In this document: positions 22,001 to 30,431 of the stretch, one piece after another
Numbering within the stretch: the first letter of the stretch is position 1
Layout of the letters: each line of letters begins with the position of its first letter
IMG/VR virus record: IMGVR_UViG_3300008267_000023
Coordinates: 19,218-83,217 of that record
Origin: a virus
DNA: 64,000 nucleotides
Reading direction: 5' to 3' (one strand)
Position numbers and translations under genes: made by a program
Notes under the pieces: model-generated
What the model saw: only the letters and a program-made list of their open reading frames with translations
Told to the model about the DNA's origin: nothing
Database searches by the model: none

Positions 22001-23815
22001 GCAGGAACATTAACACTTGGAGGCAATTCACTTTCAACATTAAGTCAAACCTTTAGTTTGTTGAATAATAATGCAGTAATTGTAAATGCGTTCCAAGCAG
22101 CAACAACATTAAGTATGGGAAGCAATGCTTCAAATGCTACTGTAACTGTAAGAGGAACAACTCAATCTAATAGCACAGGAACTGGTGCTCTTGTTGTTGG
22201 TGGTGGTGTTGGTATTGCAGGAAATCTTTATGTTGGTGGTTACCACGGAAACACTACTATCCAAGGAACATTAAGTGCTACTGGTGACACAACTCTTGGT
22301 GGTAAATTATCATTAGCAAGTCATGCAACTTTTGGTGGAAACTTAAGAGTAGCAGGAATTGCAACAATCACTCAGAACTTATTAGTTGGTGGGGACTTTG
22401 ATTTAACTGGTAATGCTGATTTGGATGGTGACATCTTTGCACGTTCATTTATTAAGAAAAATCCAGGAAGACCAACCAATTTCCTAAGAGCAAATGGAAC
22501 TGATAGTATTTTAACTGGTCAAGATTTTATTGACTCTCTTGGATTTATCCCTGGTGCTCCAATTACAGTATCAACATATCCAGTAGGAAATTCAATCTTA
22601 CTTGATGATATTTCTGGTGCTTTTGATGGAACAACTCTTGTATTTAATTTGACTAGGGATGGTGGTACACCATTTACTCCAGTTGGACCAATTAACTTGA
22701 TTGTTTCTGTTGGTGGTGTAATTCAAAAAGGAAATACTGATTACTTAGTTCCAACAGATGGATCTGGTGCATTCTTACCACAAATTAGATTTACTACTGC
22801 ACCAACTGCAGGACTAAGTTGCTTCATTATTGCTTTGGGTGGACAAGGAGCATTACTTTCTGACCCAGCATGGGATAGAAAAGGACAAATTCCTGTTGGT
22901 GTTCGTGATAATGCTGCTGTTATGCAGGAAGTTGGTGCAGATGGAACAGTATTTACTGCTGATTCTTCATCGCAGACAGGAGTGGCATGGAAGTCAATTC
23001 CTCCAGGTGTTCCTACTGGTTCGGTGTTCTATTTTGCAACTGCATCTGCTCCATCTGGATATCTTGTTTGCGATGGTTCAATTGTTCCTAATGGAAATGG
23101 TACAGTACAAGGTATAACTGCAAACTTTGCTCCACTGTATGCAATGCTGGGAACAACATACGGTGGAGCAGGAAAAATTCCAGATTTAAGAAATTATTTT
23201 GCTGCTGGATCTGGTAGTTCTTATCCAATTGGTTCCACTGGTGGTTCAAATACTGTCACATTAACAACTGCACAACTACCTGGTCACACTCACAGTGGAA
23301 CGACTGCTGCTGATGGTGCTCACTCCCATAGTGGTTCAAGTAGCAGTGCAGGAGATCACTCCCATAGTGGTTCAAGTAGCAGTGCAGGAGATCACTCCCA
23401 TAGTGGTTCAAGTAGTGCAGCAGGTGACCACTCTCACAGTGGTTCTACTAGTTCTGCAGGATCTCACAGCCACAACTATCGAAGAACAGAGACAAATAAT
23501 ACACCTAAACAACCAGGTGGAGGTCCGCAAGCAAACTCAGGTGCTAATGGTGATAGTACTGGTAATGCAGGTGAACACTCTCATGGAATGTCATTGAATC
23601 CAGCAGGTAATCATTCCCATAGTATGTCTTTAAATCCAGGAGGAAGTCACTCTCACAATATGTCTTTAAATCCTGGTGGAACTCACTCCCACTCAATGAA
23701 TATTGATAGTGCTCCAAGTCACACACACAGTTTTACTACAAGTTCTACTGGTGCTGATGGTGCTCATGAAAACAGACCTCCATATGTTGCTCTGCTACCT
23801 GTTATTAAATACTAA
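16100..23815 (+). CDS. giant tail fibre / virion structural protein with tail-collar domain and HxH needle tip
   Basis: 2571 aa; MPLSRLENFL...PFKTIQRAL N-terminus; collar (PTGSVFYFA...GYLVCDG...PDLR); 11 HxH motifs; ENRPPY end. Confidence 0.8.
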   Translation: MPLSRLENFLKNAEGNILYVNPSDFDATDSFENQGNSLSRPFKTIQRALIEAARFSYQQGKNNDRIDRTTILVYPGTHYIDNRPGYSIEEINGNAVYKKRTGPSTWEETTLDQFGLTTNYDILDPGNDLYKYNSVLGGVILPRGTSIIGLDLRKTKIRPLFVPNPKDDNVDNTSIFNVTGTCYFTAFSIFDADPTKTVFLDYSQAKVVPNFSHHKLVSFAYADGVNKVKLGNYQTYITDLDMYYYKVAKAYGDITGRGLVDFPVGKDFEPSVDEFRIVGSLDPNPLGISSIRAGNGDGTGNLNVITVTTSNKQSGETTPHNLFVDSPFLINGVTIDSESYNGSFTVKEVVGINTFTFTTNSAPTEYLPNLNDIDTASLTIGSDTVSSASPYIFNCSLRSVYGMCGLHADGNRATGFKSIVVAQYTGVALQKDNNAFILYDNGIFYDENTLPANSLEKPLHTNSRAIFKPSYENYHIRASNNAFIQAVSVFAIGFSRHFLTESGADMSITNSNSNFGNTSLESIGFKPESFDRDDTGYITHVIPPREVVVEENEVTWLSLDAVKIINSVSSDRLYIYGANNSEIVPAFQVDGYRIGARDDDKLYLTITIGTAQTTYSSPILMPVSGGTGLTSKKEYKVTRVNGQNNIVNNILSFTTNHQLINGEKIRIFSDTGQTPDGIENEGIYYAITTGVGANQIKLAQSLNDAIANVPILGLSNTGGVLKVVSRVSDKLPGEIAHPIQFDSTETNWYVTGSTLVDQNQIYNAIVGIGTSVIGTETSSTFIKRRLDNRSIDDKIYKLRYVIPKEYENAKQPEAGYVIQESKTVGVSSLSYTNDTLLSAKDLRNEKVISNASAGSIINNNQIITITSELPHGLSAGDSVKIQKVRSINNSDAAGIVSTYNGVYTVDSVLNSKQFQYTISGVSTNPGTFSNDINSRNTRQQREALPVFSRDSYKNTFFIYRVSQVKRHIPGADGQDGIYHLICLSSNVAPSSNVGFNLDKKQFNQDVKNLYPQLDRDNFDTNPKATVSYADLEVLGKIITSDKRNSITREAVNFFAKNAKIGYGLTAVTLSGVGNTTITVNTDVQHNLNSIKSFTFTPGSGYPASQTLYSKQLFPIISSGEGATVKVTTDPSGNISNVELLDAGSAYSVNDTLSIPGGGTASVVTVTGINNNNNTVIELNGFSSEDLNNVFKIQTISDAKSFVLAAPTGISTYEPNTNGELPYALVSGEAYGITSSVVSDIRTGIVTYTTSSAHGLLPGNKVRIVQTGSSILNGEFVVRESVGINTFTIVAYGLTQTAYSSTGSALKRTLSPNARNIGRGEENLGSRASTIYDKITVYTDQIFDGSSNTISFADPTPVKRGDYYTINSEIIRIASASNPFTVLRGQFGTFKNTSPVGSAARKIKLIPAEVRRPSFMRASGHTFEYLGFGPGNYSTGMPQRQNRILSEDEVLTSQAKEQRGGSVVYTGMNDLGEFFSGSKKLSSATGEESVIEAPILTYTGDDSQGESATVSSGIFDELLVRQRLTVEGGENNNQASQFYGPVNFTQKVTNLSDFGIETKNLLLKGTAAQSKLITVGISTPTSLTISAPRSGDISLLSNPSSYIGHVRVNNEWRPFGLISRQPDTLDIRTDRLHVNTVGNSSFDFEVRGESKVQNLIVDGQVVFTQPQSLGNVTFQNATIQRTAIFTGLGLDPITGLTSSYTQVHLAGISLLNDLEVTGISTFAGRVDFNSNIFGVGAKFGNIRIGVRDDNTIDTVIGDLTIDSDSGTTKIIDNLVVNGTSIELNTGSEVSIGGTITSRLNNSRTFDIGIGNTDGVTSISLHGDDRLYANGGLIARKNADQSSEIIHRGVSKLSINALDSGSEVSILTGNTERVLVGTSGTVTIFQNNSGTELKGNHLKLTQDGTGDVALSWDITNNNANRRWYAGIDVSDNYSWKLANPEATLAYGSESFDNPSETKLKISGNGDAIIAGTLTLGGNSLSTLSQTFSLLNNNAVIVNAFQAATTLSMGSNASNATVTVRGTTQSNSTGTGALVVGGGVGIAGNLYVGGYHGNTTIQGTLSATGDTTLGGKLSLASHATFGGNLRVAGIATITQNLLVGGDFDLTGNADLDGDIFARSFIKKNPGRPTNFLRANGTDSILTGQDFIDSLGFIPGAPITVSTYPVGNSILLDDISGAFDGTTLVFNLTRDGGTPFTPVGPINLIVSVGGVIQKGNTDYLVPTDGSGAFLPQIRFTTAPTAGLSCFIIALGGQGALLSDPAWDRKGQIPVGVRDNAAVMQEVGADGTVFTADSSSQTGVAWKSIPPGVPTGSVFYFATASAPSGYLVCDGSIVPNGNGTVQGITANFAPLYAMLGTTYGGAGKIPDLRNYFAAGSGSSYPIGSTGGSNTVTLTTAQLPGHTHSGTTAADGAHSHSGSSSSAGDHSHSGSSSSAGDHSHSGSSSAAGDHSHSGSTSSAGSHSHNYRRTETNNTPKQPGGGPQANSGANGDSTGNAGEHSHGMSLNPAGNHSHSMSLNPGGSHSHNMSLNPGGTHSHSMNIDSAPSHTHSFTTSSTGADGAHENRPPYVALLPVIKY
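23321..23464 (+). repeat. in-frame 36-bp tandem repeat x4 (HSHSGSSSSAGD)
   Basis: cactcccatagtggttcaagtagcagtgcaggagat twice exactly, then two degenerate copies. Confidence 0.9.
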
Positions 23816-23847
23816 ATTCAAAATAAATATTTAAAAAGGATTATAAA

Positions 23848-24648
23848 ATGGCAAGAACAGAAGTCGAAATTATTAGAGATGGAAAAATCGTTTCTCAAGA
23901 TTTTTCTTCTGGTTGTATATTGACAGATGCGATTGGAAATCTTCAGGTAACTACTGCTAAACTTGCTGACCGTTCTGTAACAGCACAAAAATTAGATGCT
24001 TCAATCAATTTTTTCCCCAGTGGGGGAATTGTGATGTGGAATGGAACAACATTAAATATCCCTTCTGGATGGGCATTATGTGATGGAACAAATGGAACTC
24101 CAGATTTAAGAGATAGATTTATTGTAGGTGCTGGAAGAAATTATAGTGTAAATGCTATTGGTGGAGCAGACTCTGTATCATTGACAGAATCCCAAATGCC
24201 AACTCACAGTCACTCAATGAGTAGTGCTGGGGATCATGGACACTCTGGTTCAACAAGTGGTGATGGTTCACACTCACATAGTGGAAGTACTGGTGGACAA
24301 AGTGCAAATCACACCCATGGTGGAGTAACAGATGTTAATGGATTTCACCAACATGGTTATGTATTAACTTTACCACAAAGAGGAACTAGTGGAGGTGGTG
24401 CTAGAGATGGAGCAAACCCACAAGGTGGAGCAACAGATGGAAACGGAAATCATCAACATACGTTCAATACTTATGGTGTAAGTAATGACCACTCCCATTC
24501 ATTCAGTGTTAGTGGTGGTGGACACTCTCATAGTGTGTCTATTAATGGTGTTGGTGGACATACACATTCAATAACTAGTGCTGGAAGTGGTGGATCTCAT
24601 GAAAATAGACCACCATATTATGCTCTTTGCTTCATTATGAAAACCTGA
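23848..24648 (+). CDS. short tail fibre / collar protein with HxH needle
   Basis: PSGWALCDGTNGTPDLRDRF collar; 9 HxH motifs; HENRPPYYAL. Confidence 0.8.
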   Translation: MARTEVEIIRDGKIVSQDFSSGCILTDAIGNLQVTTAKLADRSVTAQKLDASINFFPSGGIVMWNGTTLNIPSGWALCDGTNGTPDLRDRFIVGAGRNYSVNAIGGADSVSLTESQMPTHSHSMSSAGDHGHSGSTSGDGSHSHSGSTGGQSANHTHGGVTDVNGFHQHGYVLTLPQRGTSGGGARDGANPQGGATDGNGNHQHTFNTYGVSNDHSHSFSVSGGGHSHSVSINGVGGHTHSITSAGSGGSHENRPPYYALCFIMKT

Positions 24649-24684
24649 TAAATATTTTTGTAGTTATTTTAAATTAATAAACTC

Positions 24685-24861
24685 ATGGATGCGAAAACAA
24701 TGAATGAGACTCTTCTTGCAAAAGCAGAAGAACTTAGAAATGAACTTATTCAACTAGAACAAGATTTTAATTCAAAGAAAGAGCAATATTTAAAAATTCA
24801 AGGAGCATTAGAAGCTCTTTATGAACTAGATAAAGATTCATCTTCAAACGCAACAGAGTGA
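24685..24861 (+). CDS. small coiled-coil protein, possible fibre chaperone
   Basis: 58 aa heptad-rich ORF after the fibre genes. Confidence 0.5.
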   Translation: MDAKTMNETLLAKAEELRNELIQLEQDFNSKKEQYLKIQGALEALYELDKDSSSNATE

Positions 24862-24893
24862 TTTTAATCAAAAATCCACTAGTAAGTCAATAG

Positions 24894-24922
24894 TTGACAA
24901 CCTCAAGATTCAGTGTTATGCT
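24894..24922 (+). promoter_or_regulatory. sigma70-like promoter
   Basis: TTGACA-17 bp-TATGCT. Confidence 0.6.
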
Positions 24923-24928
24923 GTATAA

Positions 24929-25026
24929 GTCTTGAGGTTTCTTTGTAACTTTGAGAAAACAAGACCCGTCTATGGTGGTGGACGGTTTACGCAGTGTCAA
25001 GGGGGGAGTGGTGTCCCCCCTTTTTT
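24929..25026 (+). ncRNA. candidate structured small RNA ending in an intrinsic terminator
   Basis: Stems gtcttg/caagac, aggtt/aactt, ccgtcta/tggacgg; G6-loop-C6-T6 terminator. Confidence 0.4.
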
Positions 25027-25036
25027 CTGCTATGAT
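24978..25036 (+). promoter_or_regulatory. early promoter (dyad motif + extended -10)
   Basis: GGACGGT..CAGTGTC dyad with TGCTATGAT at the conserved 48-bp offset. Confidence 0.65.
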
Positions 25037-25060
25037 GAATGGAGTTCAAAAGCACACCAG

Positions 25061-27244
25061 ATGTCCGTCAACCTAGAAGTTAAAGGTTCTCTTGCCAAAT
25101 GTCTGGCAACTGAGAATCTAATTATTGAACACAAAAAAGTTCCGACTGCAATGTTTGACGTAGACCGTCGTGTGCTGACTCTTCCCACTTGGGATAAAGC
25201 ATCTGCGACTGTCTATGACCTTCTGGTGGGTCACGAAGTCGGACACGCACTGTTTACCGATAATATTGACTGGACGAAAGATTATCCAGAAGTTCCTAGG
25301 GATTTTGTAAACGTTCTTGAGGATGTTCGTGTGGAACGTCTGATGAAGAAAAAGTATCCTGGTCTTTCTCGTACTTTCTATAATGGTTATAATGAACTGA
25401 ACTCTGATGACTTCTTCTCAACTAAAGAAGAGAACCTGGATGAACTGACTTTCATTGACCGAATCAATCTTTACTTCAAGATTGGTGCTTTTCATAACAT
25501 TTGTTTCAATGATGCTGAGGATGAGTTTCTGACTCGTGCTTCTCGGACTGAAACTTTTGATGAAGTGCTGAAACTTGCTCGTGAAATCGTTGAGTTTGTG
25601 AAGTATAAAAAGCAAGAGGTTCAGGCAATGCCTACTCCTGGTGAAGGTGATTCTTCTCAGGGTGCTGGTGAGTCGGTGGATTCTCCTGCCAATTCTTCTC
25701 AAGGAGGAGAAGGTGAAAACGGTCAGAACAAATCTGAACTAGAGCAAGATTCTCAGGGTCAGTCTCAAACTGAAGGTGAATCCTTCGGTGATGATATGAA
25801 TAAGTCTATGGAAGCACCTAATGGTGGTGGTTTCGGTCAGGAAGCAAGTAATCAGCACGGTGAAACCAATAAAGATGAACTGACTTCCAAGACTTCCCGT
25901 TCTTTTGATGAAAAGTCTCAAGACCTTGTGGATAAGTATGCTCAAGAAACTCATTATGTGGAACTTCCCAAAATGAATCTTGATACGATGATTATTCCGA
26001 ATGAGTTTATTCATCGTAAGGCAACTGAGTTTTATACCACTCGTGGTTCTTATTACAAAGAGACTTTTGATTTCACTTGTAAGGAATATAATACCTACAA
26101 GAAGTCTGCTGAAAAGGAAGTTTCTTATCTGGTAAAAGAGTTTGAGTGTAAGAAGTCTGCAGACCAATATGCTCGGTCTAGCACTGCCCGCACGGGTGTT
26201 CTTGACACTTCTAAACTCCACACCTATAAGTTCAACGAAGACCTGTTTAAGAAGGTCTCTGTGGTTCCTGACGGTAAGAATCACGGTCTCATCTTCATTC
26301 TTGACTGGTCTGGTTCGATGAGTGAATTCATCCTGGATGCTTATAAGCAACTGTTGAATCTCATTTGGTTCTGCCGTAAGGTGAATATTCCTTTCGAGGT
26401 GTATGCTTTCACTCTGGATTGTCATTCTTATATGGAACTGCAACCAAATCATCCTCCTGTGTATGAAAAGGTTGCTGGTGTTCTTGCCCCTGAAAACTCT
26501 TTCCGTCTGATGAATTTCTTCACCAGTAAAGTGAACAACCGAGTTCTTGATGAACAACTCAAGAATATCTGGTCTGTTTGCTATGCATATCAGAAACGTG
26601 CTGGTGTTGTTCCTCCTCACCTGGACCTTTCTGGTTCTCCTATTGGTGAAAGTATTATGGCACTTCACTCTGTGATTCCTGATTTTCAAGCAAAGAATAA
26701 ACTTCAGAAGGTGAATGTTATCTTCCTGACTGATGGTGAGGGTTATCAGAATTCTGTGACGATTGCTCGTAAGGGTCGTTATCCCGATTCTCCCGAATAT
26801 ATTGGCAATACAAAGCATTCTCGCACTGCTATTCGTGATAGGAAGACTGGTCGGGTGTATCCTGCTCTGGATTATGATAACTTCCCTCGTTATGCCAAAA
26901 TTCTTTTGCAGACTGTGAAAGATAGGTTCCCAACTGTGAATCTGATTAACTTCCGTATCACTCCTGGTCGTGATTTTTCAACTTGCTATCGTTGGTATGG
27001 AAGTGGGCAAGAGAACTACGAGAAAGTAAAGTCTGATTATCGCAAGAATAGTTGTGTTCAATTCCAAGACACTGGTTTTGATCAATTTAATGTGATTGCT
27101 TCATCTTCCCTTTCCCAAGATGAAGACTTTGTTGTTCCCGAGAATGCAACGAAAGCACAAATTAAAACTGCTTTCACTAAAGTTCTGGGCAAGAAAAAGA
27201 CTAACAAGAAAATTCTTGGTTCTTTTATCAGTCTTGTTGCCTGA
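25061..27244 (+). CDS. zincin-like peptidase + vWA domain protein (CobT-like partner of CobS-like ATPase)
   Basis: HEVGH zinc motif; DWSGSM MIDAS and IFLTDG; start at MSVNLEV. Confidence 0.85.
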   Translation: MSVNLEVKGSLAKCLATENLIIEHKKVPTAMFDVDRRVLTLPTWDKASATVYDLLVGHEVGHALFTDNIDWTKDYPEVPRDFVNVLEDVRVERLMKKKYPGLSRTFYNGYNELNSDDFFSTKEENLDELTFIDRINLYFKIGAFHNICFNDAEDEFLTRASRTETFDEVLKLAREIVEFVKYKKQEVQAMPTPGEGDSSQGAGESVDSPANSSQGGEGENGQNKSELEQDSQGQSQTEGESFGDDMNKSMEAPNGGGFGQEASNQHGETNKDELTSKTSRSFDEKSQDLVDKYAQETHYVELPKMNLDTMIIPNEFIHRKATEFYTTRGSYYKETFDFTCKEYNTYKKSAEKEVSYLVKEFECKKSADQYARSSTARTGVLDTSKLHTYKFNEDLFKKVSVVPDGKNHGLIFILDWSGSMSEFILDAYKQLLNLIWFCRKVNIPFEVYAFTLDCHSYMELQPNHPPVYEKVAGVLAPENSFRLMNFFTSKVNNRVLDEQLKNIWSVCYAYQKRAGVVPPHLDLSGSPIGESIMALHSVIPDFQAKNKLQKVNVIFLTDGEGYQNSVTIARKGRYPDSPEYIGNTKHSRTAIRDRKTGRVYPALDYDNFPRYAKILLQTVKDRFPTVNLINFRITPGRDFSTCYRWYGSGQENYEKVKSDYRKNSCVQFQDTGFDQFNVIASSSLSQDEDFVVPENATKAQIKTAFTKVLGKKKTNKKILGSFISLVA

Positions 27245-27292
27245 CCACCTGGGGGACTGTCCATTGGGCACCCCCCTATACCTTTTATTTCT

Positions 27293-28402
27293 ATGAATTA
27301 TTATACTTATGCTTACTTGAGAGAAAATGGAACCCCTTACTATATTGGTAAGGGGAGTGGTGATAGGTGTTTTATTAAGGGAAAGAATGAAAGAATTAAT
27401 CCCCCAAAAGATAAGTCCAGAATAATATTACTTAAACAAAATTTAACTGAAGATGAAGCATTTAAACACGAAATTTATATGATTTCTATTCTTGGTAGAA
27501 AGGATTTGGGAACTGGTATTCTTCGCAATCTTACTAATGGTGGTGATGGTGTAAGTGGGTATGTTCCTAGTGAAAGTGTTAGGAAAGCAAGAAGAAGACA
27601 CGGAAAAGTAATTGGAAACCAGAACGCACAATTGAAAAGGGGAGTTTGTTCTCTTACGAAAGAACAAAGAGTAAAAAATGGAAATTATGTAAAAGAAAAC
27701 GGACTTGGAATATTTTCACAAACCCCAGAACAAAAAAGAGAAAATGGTAAAAAAGCAGGACAAAAAGCAAAAGAACTTGGACTTGGGGTATGTGGATTTG
27801 GATTTGAGGAAAGAAGTGCTGCTGGAAAAATAGGTGGTGCTAAAAATAGAGATAATAAAACTGGGATTTGTGGATTATCTTATGAAGAAAGGAGTGCTTG
27901 GGGGGATAAATGCAAAGAAGAAGGTATTGGAATATTCTCACCAGAATACTTAAAAGTTCGCAGTCAAATTTTAAGTGAAAGAAATTCTGGTGAAAATAAT
28001 CCTATGTATGGTAAAAAACATTCACCAGAAACAATTGAAAAAATTAGAAAAAAAGCACTAGAGAGAAAACCTAAAAAAATATACAAATTGAAAAATCCAA
28101 AGGGAGAAATAATTACTTTTGAAAATTTTGCAGAATTTTGCCATAAAAATAATTTAAATTCTGGGGGAGTTGCTAATGTTTTGCGGGGAAAATATATACA
28201 ACACAAGGGATGGACTTTACCAGAAACAATTTTAGAGAAAAAAATTTACACGATTAAAAGTCCAGAGGGAGTAATTTATACTTTTGATAATATAAAAGAA
28301 TTTTCAAAAGAGCATAATATTAAATGTGGTCTTGATGCAGTTTTGCGTGGTGTAAGAAAATCTTGTTATGGGTGGACAAAACCACCAGACGGGATATTAT
28401 AA
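27293..28402 (+). mobile_element. free-standing GIY-YIG-type homing endonuclease with NUMOD3
   Basis: YTYAYLRENGTPYYIGKG; LRNLTNGGDG; GENNPMYGKKHSPETIEKI; composition differs from flanking genes. Confidence 0.85.
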
Positions 28403-28404
28403 AA

Positions 28405-28439
28405 ACAGACGTTATCATATAAATAGTGATAACGTCTGT
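28405..28439 (+). promoter_or_regulatory. T4 late promoter TATAAATA in the loop of a perfect 13-bp inverted repeat
   Basis: acagacgttatca-TATAAATAg-tgataacgtctgt. Confidence 0.8.
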
Positions 28440-28448
28440 AATACTAAA

Positions 28449-28895
28449 ATGGAAAAGGAAGAAAAGAACTTTAAAGAAAGGGAAAGGTATAGAAATAAAA
28501 TAAAAGATGAGATATTTAAAGAAAACAAAAGAAAAAAAGATTTAGATTATTATCATAAAAATAAAGAAACAAGGGTTGCTAAACAAATAGAAAGGAGAAA
28601 GGAACTTTTATCTGAAGCAAAATCATTTTTAGGTGGGAAGTGTGTTTGGTGCGGAACAACCGAAAATCTTGAATTTGACCATATTGATGACTCCAAAAAA
28701 GAACATAATGTGGGAAATGCAGTAAGAAATACCAGAGAAGTGTTTTGGAATGAAGTAGGTAAGTGTCAGTTATTGTGTGTAAATTGCCACAATAAAAGAA
28801 CGACTGCACAAAAAAGAGCAAAACAAAAATTATGGTTATCATTACCACTTGAAGAACGAGAAAGATTATTGTCCAATGAACTCCAGGACACCTGA
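28449..28895 (+). mobile_element. HNH homing endonuclease
   Basis: CVWCG...LEFDHID...CQLLCVNCHNKRT. Confidence 0.85.
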
Positions 28896-28942
28896 AGGAC
28901 TGTCCCATAGGGGCAGACGGGGGACCAAAAATGCCCTATAAT
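28886..28942 (+). promoter_or_regulatory. early promoter (dyad motif + -10)
   Basis: GGACACCTGAAGGACTGTCC with TATAAT at the 48-bp offset. Confidence 0.7.
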
Positions 28943-28975
28943 GTAAGGGTAGTCAAGACAGACCAACAAATCATT

Positions 28976-30079
28976 ATGGAAACCGCAATTGAACTGCTGA
29001 AATCTAAATACGGAACAGAGTTCGGAGTAGAGGCAGTTCGTGCTGTTGCTGATGAACTCGGAACCAGTTATGCAACTCTTTCCAAGAAACTTTCTAACTT
29101 TAAGGTTTCCCGAGGGAAGTGGAATCTTGAAATCACTCAAGACAAAATTGATGAACTTGAAGAAACTTACAATGCACCTTCTGTGAATCCTATCTCTACT
29201 GTTGAAAGTGTAAAACAAAACCTTATTCCTGATAAAGATGATACCTTCGTCAGCTTTGGCAACTTTACTGATGTTAAGAAAGTTGTTCAGTCTGGGATTT
29301 TTTATCCTGTATTCATCACTGGTCTCTCTGGTAATGGTAAAACTTTTAGCATTGAGCAATCTTGTGCTCAACTGAAAAGGGAACTCATTCGTGTTAATAT
29401 TACGATTGAGACTGACTCTGATGATTTGCTTGGTGGTTTCCGACTCGTGAACGGGGAAACTGTGTGGCACAATGGTCCCGTTGTTGAAGCAATGGAACGT
29501 GGTTCTATTCTTCTTCTGGATGAGATTGACCTGGCATCTAACAAGATTATGTGTCTGCAATCTGTTCTTGAGGGTAAAGGTGTATTCCTCAAGAAAATTG
29601 GTAAGCACGTTGTGCCCAAAGCAGGTTTCAATGTGATTGCGACTGCTAACACTAAAGGTAAGGGTAGTGATGACGGTCGTTTTATTGGCACCAATGTGCT
29701 CAATGAAGCATTCCTGGAACGATTCCCCATCACCTTCGAGCAAGAGTATCCTACTATCTCTGTTGAGACTAAAATCTTGACTAAAGTTGCAGAATCTCTT
29801 AACATTCCTATGGTTGGTGAGCACACCGATTTTATCAAGCACCTCTGCACCTGGTCTGAGATTATTCGCAAGACCTTCAACGATGGTGGTATTGATGAAG
29901 TTATCAGCACTCGTCGTCTGGTCCATATCATCAAGGCATATTCTATCTTCGGTAAGAAGGACAAAGCAATCAAGGTTTGTCTGAATCGTTTTGATGATGA
30001 AACCAAGTCAACTTTTGTTGAGTTGTATGACAAGATTGATGCTGAATTTAAGCAAACCGAAACGCAGGAGGTGGGGTAA
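28976..30079 (+). CDS. cobS: CobS-like MoxR AAA+ ATPase
   Basis: Walker A GLSGNGKT; Walker B LLLDE; ATANTKGKGSDDGRF; NEAFLERF. Confidence 0.9.
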   Translation: METAIELLKSKYGTEFGVEAVRAVADELGTSYATLSKKLSNFKVSRGKWNLEITQDKIDELEETYNAPSVNPISTVESVKQNLIPDKDDTFVSFGNFTDVKKVVQSGIFYPVFITGLSGNGKTFSIEQSCAQLKRELIRVNITIETDSDDLLGGFRLVNGETVWHNGPVVEAMERGSILLLDEIDLASNKIMCLQSVLEGKGVFLKKIGKHVVPKAGFNVIATANTKGKGSDDGRFIGTNVLNEAFLERFPITFEQEYPTISVETKILTKVAESLNIPMVGEHTDFIKHLCTWSEIIRKTFNDGGIDEVISTRRLVHIIKAYSIFGKKDKAIKVCLNRFDDETKSTFVELYDKIDAEFKQTETQEVG

Positions 30080-30128
30080 ACCCCCTTCCTGACTATATAA
30101 AAACGACCCTTCTACCCTTTTTCTTCCT

Positions 30129-30275
30129 ATGAGTTCCCTTTTCTTCGAGAAAGACGCAGATTCAATTTATGAGGAGTACCAGGTTACTTCTGAGAGTTCT
30201 AATGACCAGCAGCAAGACGAAGAAGAATATAGAGAAGATAAAATGGAACAGATGATTTCCCGACATGGTTACTGA
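30129..30275 (+). CDS. small acidic hypothetical protein
   Basis: 48 aa ORF MSSLFFEKD... Confidence 0.5.
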   Translation: MSSLFFEKDADSIYEEYQVTSESSNDQQQDEEEYREDKMEQMISRHGY

Positions 30276-30285
30276 TGGAGGTTTT

Positions 30286-30426
30286 ATGTTTCAGGAAGTA
30301 GAAAAAAAGGTTAAAAAAGAGCAAATTGAAGAACTTAAGCAGTTTGCCGAATATCTTGGTGTTGACTTTGAAGATTATCTAGAGTATCTTCATCCAGATG
30401 TTGATTTTGATGACTATTCACGGTAA
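30286..30426 (+). CDS. small hypothetical protein
   Basis: 46 aa ORF with GGAGG RBS. Confidence 0.55.
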   Translation: MFQEVEKKVKKEQIEELKQFAEYLGVDFEDYLEYLHPDVDFDDYSR

Positions 30427-30431
30427 TTTTT

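Noticed and set aside
23321-23464. 36-bp repeats resembling a CRISPR array
   Set aside because: No spacers; in-frame coding repeats in a fibre gene; no cas genes
16100-24648. Diversity-generating retroelement or invertible fibre tips
   Set aside because: No reverse transcriptase or invertase; the two needle genes are similar only at protein level, with no adenine-specific TR/VR pair seen
24932-25060. N-terminal extensions in the ORF track (also 28931, 34418, 46395, 52283, 54187)
   Set aside because: They span promoter, terminator or RNA genes; downstream ATGs fit better
25739-26818. 359-aa minus-strand ORF
   Set aside because: Antisense shadow of the vWA gene, explained by its codon bias; no motifs
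27293-28895. Group I intron hosting the endonucleases
   Set aside because: Flanking genes are complete and no intron core elements were seen; the endonucleases are free-standing
28766-30033. 386-aa and 221-aa minus-strand ORFs
   Set aside because: Antisense shadows of cobS; all credible genes in the window are on +
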